Shown here: in pieces, positions 12,212 to 24,412 of the stretch | Layout: the number at the start of each line of letters is the position of its first letter | How positions within the stretch are numbered: position 1 is the stretch's first letter | From: Felis catus | Taxonomy: Eukaryota | Assembly (NCBI RefSeq): GCF_018350175.1 | Contig: NC_058383.1 | Span: forward strand, 18,104,001-18,168,000 | Direction of reading: 5' to 3' | DNA length: 64,000 nucleotides | Notes under the pieces: generated by a model | The model's input: only the letters and a program-made list of their open reading frames with translations | Databases searched by the model: none | What the model was told of the DNA's origin: nothing | Translations under genes and position numbers: made by a program

Positions 12212-13774
12212 CGCTGTGGCCCTTTTCTACCTCCTGTCACCCAAGCCTGTTTGCCTACAAGCGGCCTCTACAGCAGGGAGTGGAGGGACCCTCTCTGCAG
12301 CTCAGTGAGGTCACTTCTCTCTCAAGACTTTACTTTCTTCACGGGAACCATGAAGGGTGAACAGAAAAGCGCTGTTCACATTTGCTTTTGTGGTAAAACC
12401 CTTTGTTCAAATGAAACCACCATCTACCCAAGGCGTAAATGAGGAGACAGAGAATATTTTTTTCTTAACAGGAAACAGATCTGCTATCATTTGGAAATAC
12501 ATTTTGAAAAATCAGTGATGGGAGTCAAGGGGCAGATTCTCCCCCCTGGGGTGTGAATTTGCACCAGGATTTAAGAGGCTTTGTCTGAGAGAGGAACTAG
12601 GGTTCTGAGAAGGGGCCCCTTGAGACAAGGGTTGGGGGGTATGAGAGCTCACACTCTGCCTCCTGAGGTGGGCTGCCCCTCCCCCTTCCCCTCCACACAC
12701 CCTCATTCCCCACCCTGTCCGTTCTCCACTTTTAAGAGTGGAATGAAACCACTCGGTAGCTTCCCTCACCTTCAGGAGGAATCCAAACTCCTGACCACAG
12801 CCTCCCAGGCCCTGTACTACCTGCCCGCCGGCTGCTACCCACACCTCCTCTCCCGCTGGCAGCCACACTTCCCAGCAGCCACCCTGCCCTCCCTGCACAC
12901 TGTTCCGCACACTTCCTGCTCAGGGTTTGCGTACTCATTCCCTCACCAGGTCCAGTCTTCTCCCAAACGTCTGTAGTCTCTCCATCACTTTGGTGAGGTC
13001 TTCACAAATGTTACCCGTGGAGAGGGGGGCCTCCCAGGCAGAGAGACAGCTTTCCCAGCCTTTCTCCTGGTTCACTCTGCCTCATTTCCTCCTGGCCTGG
13101 CCCATGGGAACGAGTTGTTCAATTGTCCGACCCCCCACCCTGCAGTGAAAGCTCCAGCACTACAATTTGACCCTTCCTCTGTGACTGTCTGTCCAGCATC
13201 TAGGACGGTTCCTCCAACATACAGATGCTGCATAAATGTGCTGAGTGAGTTGCTTTGCCAAGGGGCAGAGAAGACAGCGAGAGAATGAGTGTCAGCTGCC
13301 TTGCCATAGCAGAAAGCTTGGGGAGGTTTTGGACTTCGCAGCCTTGGGACTGGGCAGGGATGACCTTCACTGCCTGTAGGACTGGGGAAGGTCGGCCCCC
13401 AGGGGACACATGGGTAAAATGTGAGAAGTTCAAACAGGAGCAATGGAACTGGACCTGATGGCATACCAACATTAGCTGCACAGTGGTCTAGCTGGTCTCT
13501 GGGACCCACAGGCGATGAGCCCTGAGACCCCTCCCACTGGAATAAAGTTCTCTCTTTACACTCTGGAGAGGGGATGGAGGACCTGCTGGGGGAACCAGGG
13601 ACCAGCCTATGGGCATCGGGGAGACTCTGACTCTCTGCATAGGTGGGGCCGGTGCATCAGAGTGAACCTATGACAAGTGTGGTGGTCTCTCCCTGAGGGT
13701 CCCAGATGTGTCATGTATGGAAATATGAGGGTATTCTCCTAAGGCATTCACTGCAGACCTCTCTGGGCTACCAT

Positions 13775-13991
13775 CTTTTTTTTCTTAATCTTTTATTTAT
13801 GTTTTAGAGAGAGAGAGAGATAGAGAGAGGGAGAGAGAATGAGTGGGGGAGGGGCGGGGGGTGGAAACAGAATCTGAAGCAGGCTCCAGGCTCTGAGCCA
13901 TCAGCACAGAGTCCGATGCAGCTCTCGAACCCACAAGTGGTGAGATCACTATTGGTCCAATTCTTAACCAACTTAGCCACCTGGATGCCCC
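13775..13991 (-). mobile_element. Can-SINE
   Basis: Antisense SINEC with diverged TSD (minus strand AAAGATGG(C/T)AGC(T/C)CAG). Confidence 0.85.
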
Positions 13992-15500
13992 TGAGCTGCC
14001 ATCTTTGATATCCAGTGTTTGGTTCCATCCTGTGGGATATACTCCTCATAAGGAAGACAAAAGACAGACAATAGTAAGAGGAGACAGAGGAAAGATTTAG
14101 AGAGAGAGCTTGGAGGAGAAGAGACAAAGAGAAGAGGCAGAAGGAAAAAGGGATGGAGACAGTGAATACAAAGAACAATCCTTAGAGAAGGAGATGATGG
14201 GGGAAGATCAAGACAAACGGAAAGAGAGAAGTAGGAAAGAAAGAAAACCAGAGAGGACAAGAGAGACAAAACAAAACAGATGAATGAGGAAGTTATCTCA
14301 CCAGGACATGCTTGTTTTGAACTTGAAGCAGAGATCAGACAATACAACCCTGGCTGCCCTCTTTGCTCTCGGAATCTCCAGACCAAGAGCCCTGTCCTAT
14401 ATCTGGCTCCTTAGGTTGGGGCTCCCTGGCTTTCATGGGAGGAGTCCTCAGTCCTAGATGGTCTATGAGGGGTGGATACTCTATGTGTCCAGCTACTAGT
14501 CATTAATCACCAAGGCTAATGACTCCAACTCTTCCCTGGGCTCCATCCATCTCTCTGCTTGGGAGGGCCCACTGACTCAGAGGGTCAAAGAGCCAGTCCT
14601 AAAGGGGTCAGGAAGTAGGACTCAGGAGTCCGTCTAGAGACTCCGTAGAACAGAAGGGCCTCGGAAGAGAAGAAATCTATGACACGAATCTAAGGCCTAT
14701 GGGAAGGAGCTGTTGCCCCGTGTGGGCTTTATCCCCCAGAAGATTCAGTCATGGCTCCCAGGAGCCCCGAGGGCCTTGAGACCAGAACTTCCCCCAAGGG
14801 AGGAACCATGTACCTTTACTTCCTCAGCGTCTCACATGCCTATTGGTCTGACTGCCTGTCTCCCAGGCGGGAGATTGACAGGTGTTCATTGTCCACCAGC
14901 AGAAAACCTTCTCAGAAAAGTTTTGTAAACAGTCTGGCAGATTGAGGATGGATAGATGGGGGGGGGGGGGGGGGGGGAGAAAAAGGCAAGTACAGCAAAG
15001 TATTAACCATGGTAGAATCTATGTGGTGTGTATGTGAGTGTTCACTGTATAATTCTTTAAATATTTCCTATGTTTGAATTTTTTTTTTCATATAAAATAA
15101 CCGGGATGAGAAGGAAAAAATTTGTCTGGAAAATAGTAGACACTCCTAAGTACAGGGCATAGGGTGTATCATCCCTTCCCAGGAGAATCTAGATTTCAAA
15201 TGCAGGACAGTGAGGACAAGGTTTCTCCTGAAAGATGACAGATTGCAGGTAGGAGCACCTGCAGAACACCCAAATAGGGGGGTGACAACCTTAGACTACA
15301 TCCAGAAGCACTTAGCTACTTTGCCCACCAAAAGCTGCTGGCCGTTGGGTTGGTGACCTTTTCTCAAGTTTATTCTGCCCATCCTGAGATCTGGGCCTTG
15401 GCCCAGAGTGGACCCCACCCTGCCACATGAAACTCTTGGGGGGAGAGGCAGGATATGGTATTCCAGACCCTGCCTGACAACTGACCCTAGAGGCTGACCA

Positions 15501-15610
15501 TGTTTGCTCAGGTGGTGAGGTTCACACGATAAAGAGCAGGCAGAGGGCTTGGACCTGGTATAAAAGACCTGGAAGTTTCCAGGTGATTACTTTGCACCTG
15601 GAACTGCCAG
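15501..15610 (+). promoter_or_regulatory. ZG16: ZG16 core promoter and short non-coding exon 1
   Basis: TATAAAA 15559-15565, FOXA-like TGTTTGC 15501, GATAA 15528, E-boxes CAGGTG/CACCTG, donor CAG|GTGAGG at 15610/15611. Confidence 0.7.
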
Positions 15611-16526
15611 GTGAGGGGTGACAGAGGCCTGGGCTAAGGGGTGAAAGGGATGACTGGATTTGAGTTAGGGGGGGAATTCAAGCAGCGGTGGACAGCAGCC
15701 TGCCTGGAGTGAGCGGCAGGGGAGACCTGTGTGGCAGCTGCCTGGGGCATCTGAGGGAGGTGCAAAGTATCTGGGTCTCAGAGGAAGGACGGGAGACACC
15801 TGGGATGCTCGGGGTATCGATACACCCAGATTTGTGTTAGTGGAGAAAGAATTATGACAAATAGACCAGGCATCTGGAATCTGATATCTTGAGCTGTGGT
15901 CCAAACTCGTTGTGCAGTTTCTCAACTGTTCCGATGCTGGTATTGGCACAGTCTCATCTATAATCACCCTCACTGCCTGGGTGACACAGAGACGCACCCC
16001 TAAAATGCTCCTTTCCTTCTGATTTGAGACCCAGCTAAAGCTAGGAACTTAAACTCTGCCCCAGAGGTCCCCCTAGCCAGGCCCATGTGTCACAGGCAGG
16101 TTGCAGTTAGGTTTTGCTCAGAATCCTGGTTTGGTAAACTCAACCATCTCTATGGTTTGGAGATGGCCTCCACTTCTTTGAAACTCTTTTCCTGCTTTGT
16201 GCCAGGAGGGACCAGGACTTACACAGGTTGGTTCAGACAGAGGCTTAGGACTGATCTTCTGACTCAGGATCGAACAAGGGGGTCGACTACCTCGAGACCA
16301 GGGAGGACAGAGGGGTTAAGGACACCGTACCTGCCAGGAGCAGGACTAGAGACTAGGGGCAATCCTTTCTGAGCCCAAGACTGGGTCAGTTAGGTCTGAG
16401 TTGAGGGACAAAGAGGGCCGAGTTTCAATTGGAGATCTAACCCAGGGAAGCCTGGGTAAATGAAGTCCAAAGGAAACAGGGTGAATGAACCTTGACGTTC
16501 TCCTTTCTTTCCCTTCCAGCCCCAGA

Positions 16527-17877
16527 ATGTTGACCATTGCTCTTCTTGCCCTTGTCTGCGCATCAGCCTCGGCCAATGCCAGTAAGTGAGAAGCCAGGAG
16601 CCCAGTATTAGCGTCATGGGAAGGCAGCTTCCTGCTCTGCCAGTGGCCAAGGCTTGCAGGGGCTGGCTTGGGGTGGTGGGCGTCGAGTTGTGGGAGGTGT
16701 AGGAGTGGTGAGGAGGGACTGGAGCTCTTGAGATCTCTCCTTCTGAAGCCTACTGTCCCCTCCAGTTCAGGCTAGGTCCTCCTCCTACAATGGAGAGTAT
16801 GGAGGCGATGGAGGCGAGCGATTCTCCCATTCTGGTTACCAGCTGGAGGGCCCCATCACTGCCATCCGGGTCCGCATCGACAACAACTACATCATAGGGT
16901 AAGATTCTTTGTGTGTCTGTGGTTTGGGGGTCTTCTCTGATCCTACCACACTGGAAAGTTCTCAGTCACTTTGGGTCACATCTGTTTCAGTCAACAAGTC
17001 CCAGGGACAACTTGGGATGTGAAAGGTATCAGGAGGCTGGGGTCTGAGGCCGGTGCTGCTACAGCCCTACAGCCCCCAGCGTGCACGTCTTGGGCAAATC
17101 TGTACCACAGCCGCTGAGGTGCTGGGAAGCTGGCTACTATGGCCCCACCTGAGGTGTAGATCCCCTCGGGCATCCTCCATCTTGGCTGACGCCTCTCCCC
17201 AAAACATGTATCCTTCTGATCCTGGGGCAACAGAGTCTCTTCCCTCATGAAAGCCGTCCAGAAAGGCCCATCTGCTTCTTTCACGTAGGGGTTGGGGGCA
17301 CAGCCGGAACCTAGATTTCAAAGTGAAGCTCTACCACTGTCCGGGGGGCTCCGGCCAAGTTACTTTTCCTCTCTGAGCCTATCTGTCGGCAAAAGGAGTT
17401 GAAGTTCACAGTGGGACCTCAAGGGCTCCCTCATCCCTCACACACCTTGGGACTGGCAGGGGACCTGTCATCTCTGCCACCAGTTTGTAGGTCTCTCGGC
17501 TTGTAGGCCAAGAGGTCCTGAATTCCAATCACCCTGCTCAGTCTTCCCTCCCTCACCATCCCCCTCCCCCCAGCCTCCAGGTGCGCTATGGCAAGGTGTG
17601 GAGCGACTATGTGGGTGGCACCCAGGGAGACCTGGAGGAGATTTTCCTGCACCCCGGGGAGTCAGTGATCCAGGTGTCTGGCAAGTACGACTACTACCTG
17701 AGGAAGCTGGTCTTTGTGACTAACAAGGGCCGGTACCTGCCTTTTGGGACAGACATAGGCAGGAGTTTCAGTGCTGTCCCCTTGTACCACAACACCGTAC
17801 TACGATTTGTTAGCGGTCGCGCTAGCACCCTCATCAATGCCATCGGCCTGCACTGGGACTTCTACCGCAGGTATTGA
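16527..17877 (+). CDS. ZG16: Zymogen granule protein 16 (jacalin-like lectin), 163 aa; coding exons 16527-16581, 16766-16898, 17574-17877
   Basis: Signal peptide MLTIALLALVCASASANA, then IQARSSSYNGEYGGDGGERFSHSG..GPITAIRVR, and GLQVRYGKVWSDYVGG..LEEIFLHPGESVIQVSGKY..AIGLHWD. GT-AG sites; 55+133+304 = 492 nt keeps frame. Confidence 0.96.
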
Positions 17878-17943
17878 ACCAGTTGCTGAACCGCTGCAGC
17901 CGGCTGTGAGAACCGCCTTACCACTACCCCACCTACAGGGTTC

Positions 17944-17949
17944 AATAAA
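17944..17949 (+). terminator. ZG16: ZG16 polyadenylation signal
   Basis: AATAAA about 65 nt after the stop, second AATAAA nearby, GT-rich sequence downstream. Confidence 0.75.
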
Positions 17950-19047
17950 AATAATAATAAAAGGACATAGCTGACGCTGGAGTGTATGTGGGTGTGTGCA
18001 GCTGGGACCCGCCTCCTGACTCTGGCTGTGGATGTGTGAATGTCCTTTCTGGCTATCTATAGATGTCTTTCTGGTGAAGAGTGGGAGGGAGAGAGAGAGA
18101 GAGGTGTAAAAGTGTTGGGCTTTTCTTCCTGGTTTATGGAGAAGAGATAAGATTCTGGATTGCTCCAACTCTTTTTTTCAAGGATAGCTCCTGAGACTGT
18201 TTACCCAAACTGGAGTTAAGCCTGAGGGTGCAGCCTAGCTTCCTCCCCAAACCCCAGATGTCCCAGTCTCTAGGCCTTGTCTCCCCTTGAGATAGTGTTT
18301 CCCCACCAAAAGGCTGTCACCTGGCTCTCTTGGCATTAACCACTTGCTGTCTCTGGGTGGCCTGGGCCATTTTCTTTCGTGCTTTTCCAGAATCCACCTG
18401 TCTCCTGAAGCTTGGCCTAAGTTTGTGTCGAGAACTCTGTCTCTTACTCCAGCCTAGTCCCTCCTCACCTTTACCCATAAGCACTGATGCTCCCTGATTA
18501 GCTTAGCTCGCTCAGAATTGGGCTTCTTTCCCTAGGAAGCTGCCACCTCCTCAACAGCTTCTATTCTGCCAATTCCATCCTCAAAAAAAGGGCATTCCAA
18601 GAGGGATAGATGTCCATGGTGGGTTTCTGTGAACGTCGGAGGTTGGATACCATTCAGGGGAAGCAAAAGAGTGGCTGGATAGATTCAGCAAGGATACAAA
18701 GTCGCTTTGGAAATAATTCTTGGGACTCTAGTGCCCAGTCCTAAAATTACCACAGTGTTTTGTTTTTGCCTTTTGGTGGTGGTGGTTGGGGGTGAGGGAA
18801 GGCACTCATTGCTCCCCAAAGATTTATTCACATTATGGTGAATGCCAGAGTCACATTTCTTCCCAATTAGACAAAGATAACAATTATGTACATGTAATTC
18901 GAGGAAGAAATATTAACATTACAGAAACAAACTCATGCCTAGAGAGTTTTTAGAACAATTCCTTTATTTCTCTCAAAGAATTCCATGGGATGGAGTATCA
19001 TGTCAGAGTAATTTGTTTTGAGATATAAAGTACATAAAATTCACCCA

Positions 19048-19110
19048 TTTATTTAGTTATTTAAGTTTATTTGAGAGAGAGCATGAGCGGCAGAGGGATA
19101 GAGAGAGGGA

Positions 19111-19146
<36 letters not shown>

Positions 19147-19600
19147 CCCAAGCAGCCTCCACACTCAGTGCGGAGCCCAAAGCGGGGCTCGATCTCACAA
19201 ACCGTGAGATCATAACCTGAGCTGAAATCCAGAGTCAGCCACTTCACCGACTGAGCCATCCGGGTGCCCCAATATTCGACCTTTTAAAGTGTGCCATTTC
19301 TGACGTTTTTAGTACATTCACGGATTGTGCAACCATCACCGCTAATGCCAGAATTTCATCATCAGCTCAGAAAGAAATCCCATCCCCATTAAGCAGTCGC
19401 TCCCCATTCCTCTCCCCCAGCCCCTCGTAACCACCCATCTACTTTCTGTCTCTATGGATTTCCCTGTTCCGGGCATCTCATGTAGATGGAATCGTCCAGT
19501 AGTGTGGTCTTTTGTGTCTGGCTTCTCCCATTTAGCATATTTTCAAGGTTCATCCACGTGGTAGCACGTGTCAGGACTTCGTTCCCTTGTGCGGCTGAAT
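19048..19600 (-). mobile_element. Antisense Can-SINE (19048-19270) inserted in an old L1MB-type 3' end
   Basis: SINEC head; flanks TTGTGCAACCATCACC..TACTTTCTGTCTCTATGGATTT..TGTGTCTGGCTTCT are typical of L1M 3'UTR. Confidence 0.75.
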
Positions 19601-21589
19601 CTGACACATCAGATACCTGGTCAACTTCAGGATCAGCTTTGCACCAGCGGGTCTCACCCTGGGCCAGTGAAGTCGCTGGCACCTGACAGGCAGCTGCCGC
19701 AGAAGAGGACGACGTCATGGGATTCCTGGCTTTTGTGTAGTTGGCGTATTAGGCTTTTGTAAAAGATTTTATTTAAAGAAAAATTTCCTTTCCTTATAAA
19801 GTTCTAAAATTGTTAAATTGAGCTAATCATACATCTATCAAATGCTCTCTGCTAGGTGCTTGGGAATACAAAGACCACTGAAGATTTCTTTTCCTCTAGT
19901 CAAAGGGAAGACTTGGTGAAGGAAGGGGTGTGTGTGCGTGTGTGTGTGAGCGTACGCATGTGCGTGTGTGATGGGGCACAGTACTGGGCTATGCAGTATC
20001 AGCCTATGCAGAAATATGAACACATTAAAATGACAATTGCACAGTTAAAATGCAAAGTTCTACTGGGTAAAGATGAAGCCTCATGGAAAGGCAGGGACCA
20101 TGCATGTCATGCTGAACTGTTGAAACTTTATTTTATGGGCTACAAGAATCCAATGAACCAAGATTTCGCCCAGGGGATTGGTAAGATTTATACAAAAATC
20201 ATCTTTCCTTGTATAAGTGGGGAAAATAGATTGAAGGTGAAGCAGGATGAGATAATAGTTAAGAGACTAGGTCTAGATCAGAAATGATGGATGTCTGAAC
20301 AAAGGCAATGATGTGAGGGAAAAAAGAGAGGGAGGAATTTGAGAGATTCGAGGGGGAGGGGAGACTCAGAAGAACTTGATAAAAGAACCCATGAAGGTGA
20401 GTCAAAGAGGAGAGTCTAGAAGAACTATCATGTCTAGTATGGGCAACTGGGAAGACAGAGATTCTTTCTAAGATGAGGACTACAGGAGAAGAAATTAGCT
20501 TTTGGACCTGCTGCATTTTTAAATAATACTTATTTGTTTTGAGAGGGAGGAAGAGAGAGAGAGCAAGAGAGTGCAGTAGCAGGGAAGCGAGAGAGAGAGA
20601 ATCCCAAGCAGGGTCCGTGCCACTAATGCAGAGCTTTATGCAAGGCTCGATCTCACAAACCTGAGATCATGACCTGAGCCGAAATCAAGAGTCAAACGCT
20701 TAACTGACTGAGCCAGACAGCTGCCCCAAGGACCTGTTGCATTTTGACATATCTGTGGCACATCCTGATGGAGGCCCAACATTACACAGAGGACTATTTA
20801 GCAATAAAGGCTTGGATACAGCTTTCAGGTAAGCCTTAGATTCAGGAGTCACAAGCACAGAGACAATGGACTTCCAGTGATGGATATGTGGAAGAAGTCA
20901 CGTAGGAAAACTGTGGGCATATAAAATGAGAAGAAGGCTGGCGTCAGAGGATTGGAGAATACCAAAGAGGAATTGGTTAGAGAAAAGAGATGGGAGGGGC
21001 CGGGGAGGGAACGCACTCAGGGGCAAGAGAGAAATTTCATGGAGCTGTTACTGCCATCTAAGCAAGAAAAAGACCGACTTGAGATTCTTTGCCTTTGGCA
21101 ATCAGAAGGTCACGAATAATCCCAAAAGAGCTTCGGGGGATTGGGGGAAGCTGAAACCAGGCTGCAGTTGGCTAAGGAATGAATGAGAAATGAGGAAATA
21201 CAGGCAGCAAGACTTGAATATTCCAAGATGTCTGGCTCCAGAAAGCCAGAAAATAGGCTAGTCACAGTTATGGGGAATGTAAGGAAAGAGAGATCGGGTT
21301 TTTTTCCTAGACAAGGGAGACATCAGCATGTTTATATGACGAAGAAGGAGTCAGAGGGAGGAAGAGGCTGAGGATTCAGGAAAGAGGAGGGAACTGATGG
21401 AACAAGGTCTCGCAGGAGATTGGGGAGGATGTTTTACGTAGCTGTTGGGGCAGGAAACCTTAAGAAAGAAGAAAATGAAGATGAGTGAAGGTACAGGTTA
21501 GTTTGTAGAGGGAGTGGGTATGGAGAAAACCTTGAGGGAATTAATACCCAACCTTGACTTGTTCGGTTGCATAAGTAAACCTGCCTGTT

Positions 21590-21753
21590 GTATGAGTCAC
21601 ATTCTTCCAGAGGAAAGCCAGCAGGAGAGATATGTACATATATACATAAAGAGTTTTTTTCTTTTAAGATTTCATTTCATTTTATTTATTTAAATGCTTT
21701 ATTTTTGTGAGAGAGGGAGAAAGACAGAGCACAAGAGGAGGAAGGGCAGAGAC

Positions 21754-21816
<63 letters not shown>

Positions 21817-24412
21817 ATCCGAAGCAGGCTCCAGCTGTCAGCACAGAGCCCACTCGGGGCTTGAACTTGTGAACCGCAACATCATGACCTGAGCTGAAGT
21901 CGGACGCTTAACCAACTGAGCCACCCAGGTGCCCCTTTAAGATTTTATTTTTATTTATTTACATTTTTAACACTTATTTATTTTGAAAGGGGTGGGGCAG
22001 AAAGAGGGAGACAGAATCCATATCAGACTGCAGGCTCTGAGCTGTCAGCACAGAGTGGGACTTGGGGCTTGAACTCATGAACCGCAAGATCATGACCTGA
22101 GCAGAAGTTGTACACTTAACGACTGAGCCACCCAGGTGCCCTTAAGATTTTATTTTTAAGTCATCTCTACCTCCAGTGTGGAGCTTGAACTCACCACCCC
22201 AAGATCAAGAGTTGCCTGCTCTAGTGACTGAACCAGCCAGGTGCCCCTATATATGAAGAGATTTTTTTTTAAAATTTTTTTTTAACATTTATTTATTTTT
22301 GAGACAGAGAAAGAGCATGAACAGGGGAGGGTCAGAGAAAGAGGGAGACACAGAATCTGAAACAGGCTCCAGGTTCTGAGCTGTCAGCACAGAGCCCGAC
22401 GCGGGGCTCGAACCCATGGACCATGGGATCATGACCTGAGCTGAAGTCGGACGCTTAACCGACTGAGCCACCCAGGCGCCCCACATGAAGAGATTTACTG
22501 CAAGGGATCGGCTCCTCAACCGTGGAGGCGGGTGAGGCCAGTGTGATGTCTGTAAGGCAGGCCGACAGTCTGGAAACTCCTGGGCAGGAGTGGGTGCTGC
22601 AGTCCAGAGGCGGAATTTACTCTTCCTAAATTTACGCTCGTAGTAACTTAATTTTCTTTAGAAATTCTTTTTCCAGTTTTATTGAAGTATAAATGACAAA
22701 TAAAATTGTAATGTTTAAGGTGTACGACGTGATGATTTGATACCTTGTGAAAGAACTCCCACAATCAAGTTCATTAACACATCCATCACCTCAGAGTTAG
22801 CTTAAAAAAATTTTTTTATGGAAGAATAATTGACATACAATATTGTATTAGTTTCAGGTATACAACACAGTGATTCAATATTTATATACATTATGAAATG
22901 ATCACCATCTGTCACCATATAAAGTTGTTACAATATTATTAACGATATTCCCTATACTGTATATTATATCCCTATATCTTATTTACTTTATCAATTGTTA
23001 CTCTTTTATATTACTTATTTTAGGGGCGCCTGGGTGGCGCAGTTGGTTAAGCGTCCGACTTCAGCCAGGTCACGATCTCGCGGTCCGTGAGTTCGAGCCC
23101 CGCGTCAGGCTCTGGGCTGATGGCTCGGAGCCTGGAGCCTGTTTCCTACTCTGTGTCTCCCTCTCTCTCTGCCCCTCCCCCGTTCATGCTCTGTCTCTCT
23201 CTGTCCCAAAAATAAATAAACGTTGAAAAAAAAAATTTATATTACTTATTTTAGTTTTTTTAGAGAGAGAGAGAAAGTGCACGTGAGCTAGGGAAAGGGG
23301 CAGGAGAGAGAGTGAAGCTTAAGCAGACTCCATGCTCGGTGCAGACCCTGAACGCAGGGCTCGATCCCATGACCCTGGGATCATGACCTGAGCCGAAATC
23401 AAGAGTCAGATGCTCAACTGACTGAGCCACCCAGGCGTCCAAATAGTAACCCTTACTTAAAAAAAATTTGGGGGGCGGGGGGGGACGCCTGGGTGGCTCA
23501 GTCAGTTAAGCATCTGATTCTTAATCTCAGATCAGGTCTCGATCTCAGGGTTGTGACTTCAAGCCTCACATTTGGGCTCCATGCTGGATGTGAAGCCTAC
23601 TTAAAATAATAACAAAAAATTAAATAATAAAAAAACTGGGGGGGGCACGTGGGTGGCTCAGTTGGTGGGGTATCTACTCTTGATCTTGGCTCAGGTCAAG
23701 ATCTCACAGTTCATGGGATCAAGCCCCACATCGGGCTCTACACTGACAGTGCNNNNNNNNNNNNNNNNNNNNNNNNNNNNNNNNNNNNNNNNNNNNNNNN
23801 NNNNNNNNNNNNNNNNNNNNNNNNNNNNNNNNNNNNNNNNNNNNNNNNNNNNNNNNNNNNNNNNNNNNNNNNNNNNNNNNNNNNNNNNNNNNNNNNNNNN
23901 NNNNNNNNNNNNNNNNNNNNCAGTATTATCAACTATAGTTACCATGCTACACAGTGGAATGTCTGTACCCTTTTACCAACTTTCCCCATTTCCTATACTT
24001 CCCAATTCCTGGTGACCACCATTCTACTCGGTTTCTACGTGTTCAACTTTTTTTTTTTAAGAAATATATATATATATTTTTAAGTAATCTTTATCCTGAA
24101 GGTTGGGCTCAGATGCACGACCCTGAGATCAAGAGTCACATGCTCTACAGACTGAGTCAGCCAGGAGCCCCTGTGTTCAATTTTTTGATTTTAGATTCCA
24201 CGCATAAGTGACACCATGTGGTATCAGTTTTGCTTTTAAGCCTTTGAACTGCCTAGATGATGCCCACCCAGCTTACCCAGGATCATCACTTAAAAGTCAA
24301 ATGATTGTAGATGGTAACCACACCTACTAAGCCTCTTCACAACAACACCTAGACTGCTTTTGACTTAACAGTCTACTACAGCCTAGCCAAACTGACACAA
24401 ACTACCTGTTGC
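21590..24412. mobile_element. MLT2-type (ERVL) solo LTR split by nested Can-SINEs and L1 3' fragments
   Basis: LTR pieces ~21590-21655, ~22485-22627 (GAGATTTACTGCAAGGG..GGAAACTC..GCTGCAGTCC) and ~24225-24412 (GCCCACCCAG..TAGCCAAACTGACACA) resemble the MLT2 consensus as recalled. Confidence 0.65.
23023..23235 (+). mobile_element. Young felid SINEC_Fc-type element with long TSD
   Basis: CpG-rich GGGGCGCCTGGGTGGCGCAG..TTCAGCCAGGTCACGATCTCGCGG; TTTATATTACTTATTTTAG at 23005-23023 and 23236-23254. Confidence 0.92.

Noticed and set aside
14958-14977. G20 homopolymer
   Set aside because: Simple run inside an old L1-like remnant; length is unreliable and there is no evidence of function.
1-15500. 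C16orf54 or other upstream 16p11.2 coding exons
   Set aside because: No matching protein sequence recognised; probably left of the window.
16527-17877. ZG16 as a pseudogene
   Set aside because: Frame, splice sites, TATA box, signal peptide and poly(A) signal are intact; only 4 C-terminal residues are lost.
17875-17950. ZG16 TGA-ACC-AGT-TGC as a selenocysteine UxxC motif
   Set aside because: The 3'UTR before the poly(A) signal is only ~55 nt with no AUGA..AA..GA SECIS core; a plain nonsense change is more parsimonious. SECISearch would settle it.
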